From: Selaginella moellendorffii
Lineage: Eukaryota; Plantae; Lycopodiophyta
Length of the DNA: 64,000 bases
Direction: 5' to 3'
Assembly (NCBI RefSeq): GCF_000143415.4
Contig: NW_003314372.1
Location: forward strand, 123,985 to 187,984
In this document: piece after piece, positions 1 to 12,340 of the stretch
Numbering within the stretch: the first letter of the stretch is position 1
How the letters are laid out: each line of letters starts with the position of its first letter
Translations under genes and position numbers: made by a program
The notes under the pieces: model-generated
Databases searched by the model: none
Seen by the model: only the letters and a program-made list of their open reading frames with translations
Told to the model about the DNA's origin: nothing

Positions 1-855
1 GGCTGTTCTTGAGAGTCTTCGCGTGTAGGAGTGCGACGGTTCACGAGGAGGCGATGCTCGCCATCGGGGCACTGGCGGATGCTATCGGAGTGGAGTTCGG
101 GAAGTACATGCAGGAGTTTTACAGATACTTGGAGATGGGACTCCAAAACTTTGAGGAGTACCAGGTGTGCGCCGTGACGGTCGGGGTTGTGGGTGATATA
201 TGCCGAGCTCTCGAGGACAAAGTTCTCCCTTTTTGCGACGGGATAATGACACAGCTGCTCAAGGACCTGGGAAGCAACCAGCTCCACCGCTCCGTCAAGC
301 CGCCAATCTTCTCGTGCTTTGGAGACATTGCGTTGGCCATCGGGGAGAACTTTGAGAAGTACCTGAGCTACGCGATGCCGATGCTCCAGAGCGCTGCGGA
401 GCTCTCGGTCATGCAAGCGGCCGGAGACGATGAGATGCTCGACTACAACAACCAGCTGAGAACAGGGATACTGGAGGCGTACTCGGGGATTTTCCAGGCA
501 TTCAAAGGCACCAAGCCGGAGGCGATGATGCCTTACGTAGCTGGCATATTGCAGTTCATCGAGAGTGTGTACCAAGACAAGGAGAGGTACGTTTGCTTGT
601 TTTCTTTTCTTCTCTTTTCCCAGGATGATGAACCGAAGCTAACTTTTGTTCTTGTGCAGAGATGATGTGGTTCTTAAAGCTGCGGTGGGAGTGATGGGCG
701 ATATGGCCGACTGTTTAGCAGGCACCAGCGCACAGTTCTTCCGAAACTCGGCCTTCTACAAGGATTTCCTGGACGAGTGCTTGTCGTCGGACGATCACCG
801 GCTCAAGGAGACCGCGGAGTGGGCTCAGGCGACGATCAATCGCTACATGGTGTAA
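1..855 (+). CDS. KPNB1: Importin subunit beta-1 (karyopherin beta), 3' part; exons <1-586 and 660-855
   Basis: HEAT-repeat sequence typical of importin beta C-terminus (VHEEAMLAIGALA, VGVVGDICRAL, LHRSVKPPIFSCFGDIALAIG, LRTGILEAYSGI). GT at 587 and AG at 658-659 join in frame; TAA 853-855. Confidence 0.93.
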
Positions 856-1604
856 CGCTCGCTCGAGAGGTAACAAGCTTGATCCTTAGACTCCCATCCA
901 TCATCGGTCTTCCTCCATATTCATTCATTTCTTTTGAGCTTTCTTCTTCTTCGCTTTCATTGCGCTTCCTTGTAAACTTGAGTCCTCTTCTCCCTCGCCA
1001 TCTCCATCTTTCTTCCATTTTTTTTTTCTTTGCTTTGGTCATTCTTCTTTTTTCTTTTTCCACTCTTTGAGCCTTTGGGCTTTTAGAAATTTAGCAGCAG
1101 CTCCGGCTCCCGAGTGAGAGAGCAGCAGCGTGAAAAGAGTCAGTTTGAGTGAGGGCAGCGAAGCGTATAATTTTGTCCAATACGTGTTCTCGCTGCCCTC
1201 TTTTGTAGGTGAAAGAGGTCCCGAGCGATGGAACCTCACAGAAAAAAGTCAGTGTAATTTTTATTTAAAGAAATTATTATTACACAAAATAAAAACTAAT
1301 TTTTAACTGCTACAAGGAATAAACTTAACAATATTTATTATTAATTGACCATATCATGACTCAAAAACCAAATAGTGAGGTGATTTAGGTAAAGCTGATG
1401 TAATACATTTTACTTTTTGCCAAATTCATAATCAATTTACAAACGTTATTGCCGCTTTGTTGCAATGCATCCCAACACAACAAAAGGATCTAATCATGCT
1501 TTTAAAGAAATCTACATTCCATGATTTATAACAGAACCCTAAGATTAAGAATTTTCTTTACTAACCATGGTGTTTTAAAAATCTTAATGATGATTATAGA
1601 AAGT

Positions 1605-1715
1605 TCCGGTCGTGCGTTCGAATCCCGTCCCCAGGCAGAGCGGGGGTGCGTTCACGGGTTCGAATCCACTCTGACTTCTTATCATTGCTCCAAAGGGAGG
1701 ATGAAATAAATACTG
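1605..1715 (+). other. Possible tRNA-derived SINE remnant
   Basis: Two Pol III B-box-like GTTCGAATCC motifs (~1616, ~1658) followed by AAATAAATA; no full cloverleaf or TSD identified. Confidence 0.3.
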
Positions 1716-1997
1716 TGCCTAGAGGAAGGAGAGACTAGCTAGTACAACAAAGAGGAGGCCTTTGATTTCCCTACGCCCTGTCTGTTCTAGCTAGGAGAAT
1801 AGCTAAAAGCTCTTGAAACAATCCCCACCACCACCGGACTTTTACTCCTCTCATGCTCCAAATCTCTTCTCTTCTTCCAAGTTTTGCTGCTGCTGCTGCT
1901 GTTGATTGATGCTTTGCTTACTTGCTGCTGCTGCTGCTTCATTGATCCATTCAAATCCTTGCGTTTGCTCCAGCTGCTGGCTTAATCTTCCTCTCCT

Positions 1998-3359
1998 CTA
2001 CGCAGCCATCACCGCACAGTTGTATATGAAAGTCCCCAGCATGGTCACGTATCGCCACACTGGTCGCTCCTCCTGTTCCTCCTGTGATGTTTGAGCACCA
2101 CCACCTCGAGCTGGTCTCCAGGCCCAGATCTCGATCCGATCAGGAGCGTCCTGACCACCAATCACGTACAGCTCGCCCTCCATGGCCTTGAACGCTATCC
2201 CCCACCCGGAGTTAAAGTCCGCTCTCACCGGAACCTCTCCCAGCGTTCTCCAGTCGTTTCTCATCTTGTTATACACCTTGAGCTCGTTGAGCGCCGTGTC
2301 CAGCGCGTAGAGCTGGTTGTCCACCACCGCCACCAGCGGCGGCGCCGTCTGGGACTGCTCGCTCGTCCCAAAGTACATGTTTGGGATCAATCTCCACGTC
2401 CCGGTAGCCGGATCGTATTCCTCTCCGCAAGTTAGCTGATCCTGTCCATCCTTGCCACCGATCACGTAGAACTTCCCATCCATGTAGAACCCCGAGCAAA
2501 GCCTCCGGCACCTGTTAAGATCCGGGAGTGGCTCCCAAGTCCCGGCCACCGAGTTGTATCTCTCGGCGCTCTTGAGGTTGTCGGTTCCAACCATGCTCGT
2601 CCCGCCAGCCACGAAACCATAGTTTCCACAGCTCGCCGACGCGTATAAGCTCCTCGACTGGATCATGTCCGGGCCTTTGATCCACTTGTCCTGGACCAGG
2701 TCGTAAATCCACACCACGTAGCCTTTGATCTCCATGCCTCGCACCAGCAGCTGTGTTCCGGCCGTGAGAGTCTCCTTGTCGCTCACCTCGAATGCGTAGT
2801 CGGACGGGATGGACTGGAGCTGCCGCCATGTCCTCTCCCGGGGATTGAAAGCTCGCCACACTCGCTGGTGGCCATCGCTGAGAATGTACATCCACTGCTC
2901 CACGATGCCCAGCTGCTGGCGGGCCTTGTAAATCTCTCCACGCTTGAGCTTGTCGTAGAACTTGCGGCTAACTGTGAAGTACTGCCAGTACGTTGATCTG
3001 GGCAGCCTCGCCAGGCACAGCAGCGCTAGATCGTCCGTCAAACCTGGAATGAGCTCTTGCTCCTCGTCGTGTTCTTCGTCTTCCAGAGGATCTCCATTCT
3101 CGAATCCACTGCTGCTGGTGCTAGTGTGATGGTAGCCATTCAACCTGGCGCGCTTAGGTCGGTCGTGGAATCCATTCTTCTTCCCATTCTTGGGCCGCCC
3201 GTTCTGTGGATGCTGCAAGGAAAGGCGCAGACCATTGGCGAGATGATCCCTATTCTCGGATCCTGCGTGATCACGGTAGGCCATCTCCATCCCCTTGCTG
3301 CAGCCGCTCCCATCACAGTAAGCCATGCCGCAGCAACGACGACGGCGACGACGCGGCAA
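1998..3359 (-). CDS. F-box/Kelch-repeat protein (SKIP11-like), intronless
   Basis: F-box-like LIPGLTDDLALLCLARLPR followed by Kelch repeats (FVAGG..., AERYN..W, FYVIGG, GEEYDP..W, LYVIGG). Start codon uncertain. Confidence 0.92.
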   Translation of the reverse strand: MPRRRRRRCCGMAYCDGSGCSKGMEMAYRDHAGSENRDHLANGLRLSLQHPQNGRPKNGKKNGFHDRPKRARLNGYHHTSTSSSGFENGDPLEDEEHDEEQELIPGLTDDLALLCLARLPRSTYWQYFTVSRKFYDKLKRGEIYKARQQLGIVEQWMYILSDGHQRVWRAFNPRERTWRQLQSIPSDYAFEVSDKETLTAGTQLLVRGMEIKGYVVWIYDLVQDKWIKGPDMIQSRSLYASASCGNYGFVAGGTSMVGTDNLKSAERYNSVAGTWEPLPDLNRCRRLCSGFYMDGKFYVIGGKDGQDQLTCGEEYDPATGTWRLIPNMYFGTSEQSQTAPPLVAVVDNQLYALDTALNELKVYNKMRNDWRTLGEVPVRADFNSGWGIAFKAMEGELYVIGGQDAPDRIEIWAWRPARGGGAQTSQEEQEERPVWRYVTMLGTFIYNCAVMAA

Positions 3360-3901
3360 AGATTCCAGCTCCTCCTCCCATGCCCAATCTACGCGGCCGC
3401 TGGAGCTAGCAATGCCCGCGCAGCCGTCGAGAATTTCTTGTCCTCCGCGCCATAGCCCGCACGCCGCGCATCAATCGCCGGCAGATCTAGGCGAATCCAC
3501 CGGACAAGAAGCGCGATTCATGCCTAGATCTAGATCGCTCCGCAAGAAATCCAGCTAACCCTAGCGCGCGCTCCCAGCGAAGACGACGAAACCAACGAAA
3601 CGAACCCTTGCTTGAATGAGGAGAGATGCTCCTCTCGCCTGTGTGGTCATTGGGCCTAGGTCCGGCACTAGCTTCGGCGCCACACCAACCGCCGAGCCAG
3701 TCGCCGAGCCAGCACCGAGCCACCGTGGCGGTCATGACGTGACGGGCGTCGACGGGTGTCCGTTCCGTCGCGGGACTCAATCATTTTGGTCAACCCCCAG
3801 ACCGCATATTCCGCGTTTACCGTCAAAAACTTAAATATCTCCGTTTCCCGCCCTGTGTTTAGGGTTCTTTTTTTTTTTTTTAGGGTTCTTCGCTGCGAGA
3901 T

Positions 3902-6900
3902 TTATTTCTTCGCAGCGTTCCTCAGGCTCCGGATCGTCATCACAAGCTCCTCGCGCTCCGCCTCCACCTGCGCGAATCGGAGGCTCATGCTCAGGTACCT
4001 CTCGCGCATCTCGCCGAGCTCGGTTTCCAGATCGCTGCTCTTGCGCTTGTATCCCAGCAGGCTGCTCACGACGTGATCGACGTCTCCCAGATTCTGGAGC
4101 GCCGCGGCATGGACGTTCTGCTGTGTCGCGAATGCGCTGCAATGAATGGGTAAAAATCGACCAACTCTCGAAAAGCTTCTAACCTGCGGAGTTGTTCTTT
4201 GTACATGGTGTTGGATTCCAGAGCTTCTGCGAGCTCTGTCTCGAGGCTTGCTACTCTCTCCAGTGTGCTCCCCCACTTGGAGCTCTCTTTGAATCTAGTG
4301 AGCTTCTCTTGGAGCTGAGCGTTCACCTGGAATGATCGATAGCAAAGTAAGTTTTTCTCGCCCAGAGAATTGATGTCCACTTGCCTGCTGCATTCTCTGG
4401 AGCTCCTTTTGTAGTAGCTCCTGCGAGCTTGGAAAGTTGGCCTCCTGCATGAAACTTCGATTAGAAACTGGAGAGTTTTTTGTTTTGCCTCAACCTCATC
4501 TTTTTGTTGTTGCTGTTGCTGTTCGTCGGTTTTCTTGATCGAGTTGGAATTAACTTCCTTTTGCCTTGCAGCAACCTCTCGTTTCAAGCTCTCGGATTCA
4601 GCAGCCTTTAGCTTCAGCTCCACCTGTTCCAATCCAGTTATAGAGCTTGAACGACGCGAAAGGACAGACATCCAAAGAAGAGAACATAGAGGACGACATT
4701 GGAAAACTGAGTAAAACTGGACCAACTAGAAACTGAGAAACTTGGACGAAAGATCGGAAACTTGGAGGGAAAGAAATTGGTACCTCGAGGGACTTGATCT
4801 TATCTCGAAGAAGGATAAGCTCCTGGCCTTCTCGTGTTCCAACCTTAACATTGCACTTCGATAATGATCTTGCAAGGACGCCATTACTTCCAGGTGCTAT
4901 CTTACCGTTTTCGTCTCCGCCACCTCTCCGCTTCTTCACATCAGCTTCCAGGCACTCGACCCGTCTTCTCAGCTCTTCTCTCTCGGCGTCTTGCTCGGTC
5001 ATCTTTTGCTTCATCTCGCTGTTTTGACGCCGAAGTTTGATGGACTCACATCTCTGCTCCACTTCCAGAGCCCGGCTGGCCGACTGCTCCGCCTGGAGCC
5101 TCGAGACACGGTCGTCCACCGCCGCTTTCGACTGCCTGAGCTGCTCCATCTCGGACACCGTCTCAGATAGCTCCGAAACTTTGGCGTCGAGAGAGGATTT
5201 CTCGTCCAGAAGGCTGATCTTCTCTTGGCTGAGAGTGTGGAGGCTGGTCTCTAGCTCGGACTTGGCGCTCTGGAGGCCTGCTACTGCTTCCCTGTGCTGC
5301 TCGAGCTGGTCGGAGATTTCGATATACTTGGCCCGTAGCTCCGAGTTTTCTCGCTCCAACTTCTGGATTTGACTTTCGAGAGCTGCTTTCTCCGCTGCTA
5401 GAGTCCGAGCACTAGCCTCGAGCTGAGCAATCCTTGCAGCCGACTTCTCGAGCTCGGAGGTAACTTCCATTTCTCGTTTCCTCGACGTGCTTAGAACCTC
5501 TCTGACAGTTTCTTCGTGTTCTCTATTCAGGGAATCGGCCTGTGCTTCCGCCACTTCCAGCCTCTCCTCAAGCTCTGTCCTGGCGTCCTCCCACTCAAGC
5601 TTCTCAGCACGAAGCTCCGATGCCTCGATCAAGGCCTGCGAAGCCAGATGCTCCTTCTCGTCGCAGGTAGCGTCCATTTGATCCGTCAACCTCTGGAGCT
5701 CGGCTTGGAGCCGCTCCACGGCAACCGACCTGTCCAACTGTGCTCTCTCATCGATTCTCCTCGACTTCTCTTCCGCCTCAGCCTTGGACTTCGCCATCTT
5801 TCGAAGCTCCTCGTTTAGTCTCCCCAGCTCGGCTTCCACTTCCACCACCTTGCCTTCAGCAGATTTTCTCGCCACTACACACTCCTCGTAGCTCTTCCTC
5901 GCAGTGGCCAGCTTCTCCTCCATCTCTCGGACCTCTTCTTCACGAGCCTCTTTCAGTTCTCTCATCTCCTCAAGCTGATTCTCGAGCCCCTTACGTGCAT
6001 GGACTTGAGAGTCCCTCTCTTCCAGCGCCTGAGCCAGCTCCACCTCGAAGCCATGAACCTTAAACTCGTACTCCTTGTTCGTCTGCTCCTGTGATTCCTG
6101 TAGCTTGCTTCTCTCTTTCTCGAGCTCCTTCACCCGGTTCTCGCTCGCAAAGCTTTGCATCCGGTACGTCTCTCTCTCCTCGGTCACGAAGTTTAGCTGC
6201 GCCTCGAGCCCCGCGATCCTCTCCGTCAGCTGCCAGTTCTCGTCCTCCAAGTGGCTTAGGTGCTTCTCCAGGCTCGCCTTTGCGCTTCCAAACTCCGCCA
6301 CCCTCTTCTCCAACGTGCTCCTCGCTGAGAGCTCCACCTCGAGCAGCGCATTCGACTCCGCCAGCTCTCCCATTATCCCATCGAGCTTCTCCTTCAAGAA
6401 CTTGTTGTCGTCCTGTCCGGTGTGGAGCATCCTTCCAAGCTCGAACCTTTCAAGCTCCAGGCCGTCAACTCTCGTCTCCAGCTCCTGCTTCTTGAGCTCC
6501 ACAGCCTCGAACTCCCTCTTGGTCGACGAAAGCTGGAGCTCCAGATCGACGATGCGCGAAGTGCTCAGTATCTCCCGGCTCTGGAGCTCCTGGATCCTGC
6601 TCTCAAGCTCGCTGTTGGACGCCTCCAGCATCACGATCTTCGACTCCATATCACTGACCTTCGCAGCTTTGCATGTCAAGAGCTGCGTCTTCTCCCCCAG
6701 ATCCGACTCATACTTTCGAGCTAGAGATCGCGACTTCAAGTTCTCGCTCTCCAAGTCCGCGAGCCTGTAAGCTAGATCGGTTTTGGCCACCTCGAGGCTG
6801 GTTAGAGCCTCCTCGACTTCGTCCTTCCTCTTGCGGTTCTCGGAGTTTTCCTTCTTCACCGTCTCGAGCTCGGTCTGGAGATCCGCCACCAGCCCGAAAG

Positions 6901-9413
6901 TCATGGAGTACTTCTCGTGCATCTCGTCTGCTCGCTCCTTGAGCCGGAGCTCCCGGCCCGAGAAGGCCTCTCGATCCATGGCGTGCATGGCTCTCGATGC
7001 CTTGAGGTCCGACTTGAGAGCTTGGATCTCCTCGAGCGAGCTCTTGAGCCGGGCTTCCAGGTCGACTTTGGCGAACTTAAACTCCTTGCACAACGACTCG
7101 AGCTGCGAGAGCTTGTCATTTGTGTTTTGATGTTCTCTCCGGAACTTCTGGAGCTTCTCCTCCATGTCCGTCATCCCAAGGTAGTCCGACTCTCCAGAAA
7201 ATCGCGAGAGCTCCTTGTTGGCGATGTTGAGCTTGAAGATCAAGTCTATGTTCTCGTCCGTCAGCTCTTTTATATCCACCTCGAGCTCCTCCACTTCTTT
7301 CTTGAGCTCTACGAGCTCGTTTGGATCGATGAGATCGCTGGCTGCTTGAATCGCCTCTAGGCTCGCCAACTTTTGTTGCAACGAGTTCAGCTCTTCCTCT
7401 CTGTCTTGAACTTTCTGTGAGAGTACTCGCTCCACTTCTCCCATCGTCTGCTCCTGATCGACCAAAGAGTTTTGGAGCTCCATGTTCTTCACGGACATGT
7501 CTTCCATCTTCTTCCTCTCGTCTGCCAGCGTCTCTTCCAGCTCTCTCACCGTCGACGAGAGCTTCTCCTTCTCTTCCTGGATCTTATCCAGCCGTGTGGC
7601 GAGATTTTCCTTAGATTCCTTCTCGTACGCCAAAACTTGCTGGAGCTCTTTGATGATATGCTTGCAGTCTTCAAGTTCGAGCTTCAAGCTGGCTTGTTGC
7701 TCGTCCAGGCCCTGCTTTTCTACTCTGAATCGCTGCATGGCTTCTTGTAAGCTGTCGAGAGCCGAGCTCTTCTCTTCTCTTGTAGCTATACTTTCGTCAA
7801 GTTGGCGCTTCAGGGAGCTTATCTCCTCTCTCAAACCATCCCTTTCACCCGTGAGAACAGTGAATTCCTCCTCTCTCGCGGATGCACGGCTTTCTTGATC
7901 GAGAAGCTGCTGCTTGAGCTTCTCTAGCTCTTCTTCCAACTTTGACACCGCTTCATCGACATTGCCAGGAGCTTTGTTATCTCCAGAAAGCCGCGCTACT
8001 GTTGCGGATGGCAAACTCGTCCTCGCCGCCGGTTTTAAAGGAGTAGCGAGCGACTTGATCGACTCAGTGCTTGCTCTAAGTCTTCCAGTTCGCTCCAGCC
8101 TCGAGTTAAAGCTGCCGGTGTTTGCCGTGCTTGCCGGGGACGGCACTTCCGGGGAGTTGTAAAAGTTCTTGCCGCTTCCATTCGCCACCGGAGTTGAGAC
8201 ATCCGAAGAGTCGGAGTTATACCTCGAAAGGACCTTGTCCTGTAAAAGAGAAAAAAAATAAATCATATCGACCTTTTTTTTTGGGTGGAAGTTCTACTCA
8301 CTCTACTTGGCGTGGGAGGAGGGAGATTCGTTGACGAGCTAACACTGGAATCATCCTCATCTTCCGAGAGTTGGTCGTTTAGTTCGGCTGTAACTTCCTT
8401 CGGTTGCTCAACTTCGCCACTGTCATTGACGTGAAAGAAAGTCAGTGATCCCTCATTGAAAAAATCTTGCTAGCGGCGAGCGCGTAGTACCTGTTTGTGC
8501 TCGGGCTGTCTGCCGACGTGAGGCATTGAAGCTTGATCTGTGGGAAGTGGGGTGAGAATCGAACAAATAAAAGAAATGGTACTACGTGAGCGGAACATTT
8601 AATTAGACTCGGCGAGAAACTTACGTGCAAAACAGTGCCTGTGGAACAGCTCTTGAGTGGGAAAGCATACGATGCTGCTGAAGTGACCGAGACATAATCC
8701 GCTAAGTTGAGCGTGATCTCTCCTAGAACCCGTGTAGGACTCTACAAAAAGAGAAAGAAGATCACCGCTAGCATTAGAATGAACAAGCAGAGATCATACA
8801 GATCTAGCATAGGAACTTTGATCCATCACGAAGAAAACGATCATAGAAATCACGACAAGAATTACCACCACGAACACAATCATGATCTAACAAAGATAGA
8901 ACGCATTCATGCAAGAAAAGAGGCCGCCATAAAGACGAACACGAAAACTTCACACTCACGAAGAAAAAAGAAGCAAAGCACGCCAACAAAAGAAGGAAAA
9001 AGAGAGCAAGAGAAAGAAATTTACCATTCCAATGACGAACTTGTAGAGCTTGGCCTCGTAAGAATTCGTGCGCGTCTCGTGAACAAGCCTGGTGGATTCG
9101 ATGATGGCGTCGGGCCATCGGCAAGCCCCACTCTGCGCCACGGATTTGGCAGTCTTGGCAGTCGTCTTGCCAGTCTCGATGGATTCCAGCGACACGTAGA
9201 GCTTCTCCCATCCAGAATGCGGTACCTGGAAGGAAGGAAATCATCCAATCACTCACCAATAATCCAATCCCAAGAACTAGCAAAGACGAGAGAAATCTCC
9301 ACTCCAGTGATGATCCAATCACTCAATCATACCCGAGTGGCGTGGAAGACGAACTTGAATTCGATCCTCTCGCGAAATTTCTCGGGCTTCTTCTTCCCCG
9401 CCTTGCCGCTCAT
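3902..9413 (-). CDS. NT-type C2 domain (EEIG1/EHBP1-like) long coiled-coil protein, myosin-heavy-chain-related plant family; multi-exon
   Basis: ATG 9413: MSGKAGKKKPEKFRERIEFKFVFHATR, then exons VPHSGWEKLYVSL..CRWPDAIIES..YKFVIGM, LGEITLNLADY..FPLKSCSTGTVLH, IKLQCL; ~3.4-kb coiled-coil exon 4785-8239; C-terminal LETELGEMRERYLSMSLRFAQVEAEREELVMTIRSL; TAA 3902-3904. Some internal exon limits approximate. Confidence 0.88.
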
Positions 9414-11289
9414 CCTGGCACTGAGCAAAGCCCTCTTTCGTCGTCGAGAATCTTGGCGAACGGGAGCTACATTGTCCGCGGGAGCGCCAGATCTAGCAGC
9501 GCGAAGACCCTAATTCCCTGGCAAGGCCCCGCCGATGGAAATGTGGCCTCGCCACGATCAAGAACCGAGGCACGGAGCGCAAGAAAAAAATCTCCGGCGC
9601 GTGTGAAAGAATCTCTCGATCATGGAATCCCTTCGCCTGTTACAACAATGCCAGTGCCAGTGCCAAGGAATCCCCCTCTAGCTGCGCGCTAGCTTAGGAA
9701 ATCTAGCTGGAGGAGCTCGATCGAACCAGTGACGAAGAACCCTAACACTTCATAGCTTTGTTTTGTTCCTAGCTCAAAGGAGCTCTGTTGTGCCATTGCT
9801 GTCCTCCACTCCAAAATACGCGAGATGGGCGCTCGCCTCTCTGCGAAATCTCGCAGACCCATTACAGCTCTGTGGTTTCCTGGCGCTCTCTCGCGACACC
9901 CGGCCAGATTCTCGGCAGAGCCCTTTTTTATTCTTCTCTCTTTCTTCCCCGAGCTTGCAATTCCCTACGATCTTTGGAGTGAAGCAAACGCTGGCCCTGG
10001 TTGGTCTCGCAAATCAATCACCCTGGATGGATAGATCGCCCATCGATCAATCCATCTATGAATGCTGCTTGCCACGGCGCGAGAGAGAAAGGGAGAAACA
10101 CGAAAGGGGCTTTGCGCTCGCTCGCATTCTTTCTCGCAAATTGGCAGTCTTTGCATTGAATGAGACGAGACACCAGCCAAATTTTACGCTATCGATCGAT
10201 CGATTCCTCCCGGTTGGTGGATTAGCGAGAAAAAGAGTGTGAAAAGGAGGAAGAACAGCGCTGTAGCAGCAATCGCTTTCGCTGCTACTCTTTACAAAAT
10301 TTCGTCGCTGGGCTGTCCAGTGTTTACCCCCCCAATGCCAAATTTTCCTCGCTCCTCTGTTAACTCCCAGTCTGGAGAACTCCTTTTCACGGATTAAACT
10401 CGTGTTCTTCGCAATGTTTACATTTACCCCGTGTCGGCACCACACCAATTTTAATCCCCAATCATCTGGAGAGCCTTTGTCTCCTAGCAGCAGTACCAAA
10501 TTTCCTCTTTTTCTTTTTCTTTAGAAAAAGAAGAAAATATTCGAAAAGAATCTCTCCGATTCATTTAACGAATTGCTGCAAAAAAAAAAAAGGAAAAGCG
10601 GTCTTCGAGAGAAAAATCTGGTGGAAGAGTGAAGGAACCATACGAGTATGATTGTCAAATTCGTTGCCTGCTGGTTTGGTGTTTGATCCAAAGACCAGCA
10701 AACATTTCTTCACTTGTTTATAGCTCTCACAGCTCACGGTGATGATTCATGGTTCCTTTCTTATTTCCTGCGATTAAAAATTCGCACCAACGTTACTATC
10801 AAAACTTTCGTTTGGGGAGTCAAATCCAAATCGCGAAGCAAACAAGCATGAGGCCATACATCTCAACACCCCGGCGGTAACGCTACCCCAGTACGAAGCG
10901 AGAAAGACTGAAAGAGAAGAGATAGCGAGAGCTGCGATGGCTACGTCTCTCTAAAGTCACGAGGAAAGACGACTATAACAAAAATAAATGGAGAGATCGT
11001 AACGAAGAGGACGCAGAGAGGCTTCCAAACAAATCCACTGAAACCACTCAAACATCATCCCGGCCTAGCTAGCTACGGACCTGATCGATCACAAAGAAGC
11101 AAAGCCAAGCAAAGTTTCTAGGACACGGACGGGCACACGCAATCCAGCACTCAGCTTTCACTCACGCCTGCCATGGAATCCATGCATTTCAACAACCTCA
11201 GAAGCTTCAAGTCGGTTTTCTTAAAGCCAACGAGCTCATGAGCGGCCTGAGAGTAAGATCTGACGCTACCTATCCAACTACGAGCGGAA

Positions 11290-11690
11290 CAAACTACACG
11301 AATCCATGAATACCATACACTACTGAGTGTACAAACCCAGAAATATATAAAAAAAAAACTTACCAAACGAGAGGCATAGCTGTGCAGGCAAAGCAAGAAC
11401 TAGTCACTCTATCACGATCCATCACGAACAAAAATCAAACGAGCTAAGAAAAGAGGGGAAAAAAGGATCTCCCGCTAACTTGCAAATCAAGCATCTACCT
11501 GAAGCAAGGCACAAAAAAGCAGCACAAACTACACGAATCCATACCATACACACCTGAGAGTACAAGCCCAGGAAAAACAAAGAAAAAGGCAAAAACTAAT
11601 CGCTCCATCACAAACAAAACTCAAACACCACTAAGCTATGAAAAGAGGGGAAAAAAGAAGAATCTCTTGCTAACTTGCAAAATAATCCAA
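11290..11690. repeat. Imperfect tandem duplication of a ~200-230 bp non-coding unit
   Basis: AAACTACACGAATCCAT..ACCATACAC..GTACAA.CCCAG and CCATCAC.AACAAAA.TCAAAC..AAAAGAGGGGAAAAAA..GCTAACTTGCAAA each occur twice (~11290 and ~11525). Confidence 0.6.
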
Positions 11691-11787
11691 GCCTAGGCAC
11701 ACAGGGAGCCTCAAACGAATATAAAAATTCAAGCAACACAAGCGCGAAAAGATTGATGCGAAGAATCGAGCGTACCTGATCGAAATA

Positions 11788-11987
11788 TCACGCCGGAGTA
11801 GCAGCATTTGGCTTTGGCTTTGGAGGCGGCGGCGGAGGCGGCGGCGGAGGCGGCGTCTGCGATCACCAAAATCCCGACTAGAACCAGCTAAAATCGACTA
11901 GAAATTTCTTACTCTTGTGAGCGCCAATCCAGCAATTGCGATGACGCAGCCGGCGGTGCCAAGCATGAGCTGCGTCTTGTTCACCAT
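11788..11987 (-). CDS. Predicted 47-aa microprotein: hydrophobic anchor/signal plus poly-Pro; exons 11987-11913 and 11856-11788
   Basis: ATG 11987; MVNKTQLMLGTAGCVIAIAGLALTR | GTAAGA..56 nt..GCAG | T(P)11KPKPNAATPA-TGA. Another donor-like CAG|GTACG follows just after the stop. Divergent from the VAMP gene, with AAACCCTA-like motifs between them. Confidence 0.6.
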
Positions 11988-12340
11988 CGCTCCTCTCCCT
12001 CGCCTAGAACCCTAAACCAGGGTTTATCTCTAAACATCAGGTTTAACAAGCTATTACCACGTGGACGGCCGAGATTTCTCGGCGCCAAGTTCTCGAAGTT
12101 TAAATTGTGCCTTACAACTGCCCTATATTTCGAGCATTTTCATCTCCTGGGGAGACGAAGCAGCGGCGGCGGGCGAGCACCTCATCGATCGACGCGTTGG
12201 AATGCTAGATCATTCGATCGCCAGGTATAGGCGACTATAAAACCCTAGGCTGCCGGCGCGAGATCTGGCGAGCAGGGTTCTCGAGAGTCGCCGTTGTGAA
12301 TTGTGAGGATCGCTGGTCGGAATAAGCAGGGATTCTCACC

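Noticed and set aside
1605-1680. Functional tRNA gene
   Set aside because: T-loop motif only; no acceptor stem, D arm or anticodon arm could be folded.
4794-8334. Many plus-strand Ser/Leu-rich ORFs
   Set aside because: Antisense shadows of the Glu/Lys-rich coiled-coil exon.
8707-9513. 268-aa plus-strand ORF
   Set aside because: Antisense to NT-C2 exons and T-rich introns; low complexity, no motif.
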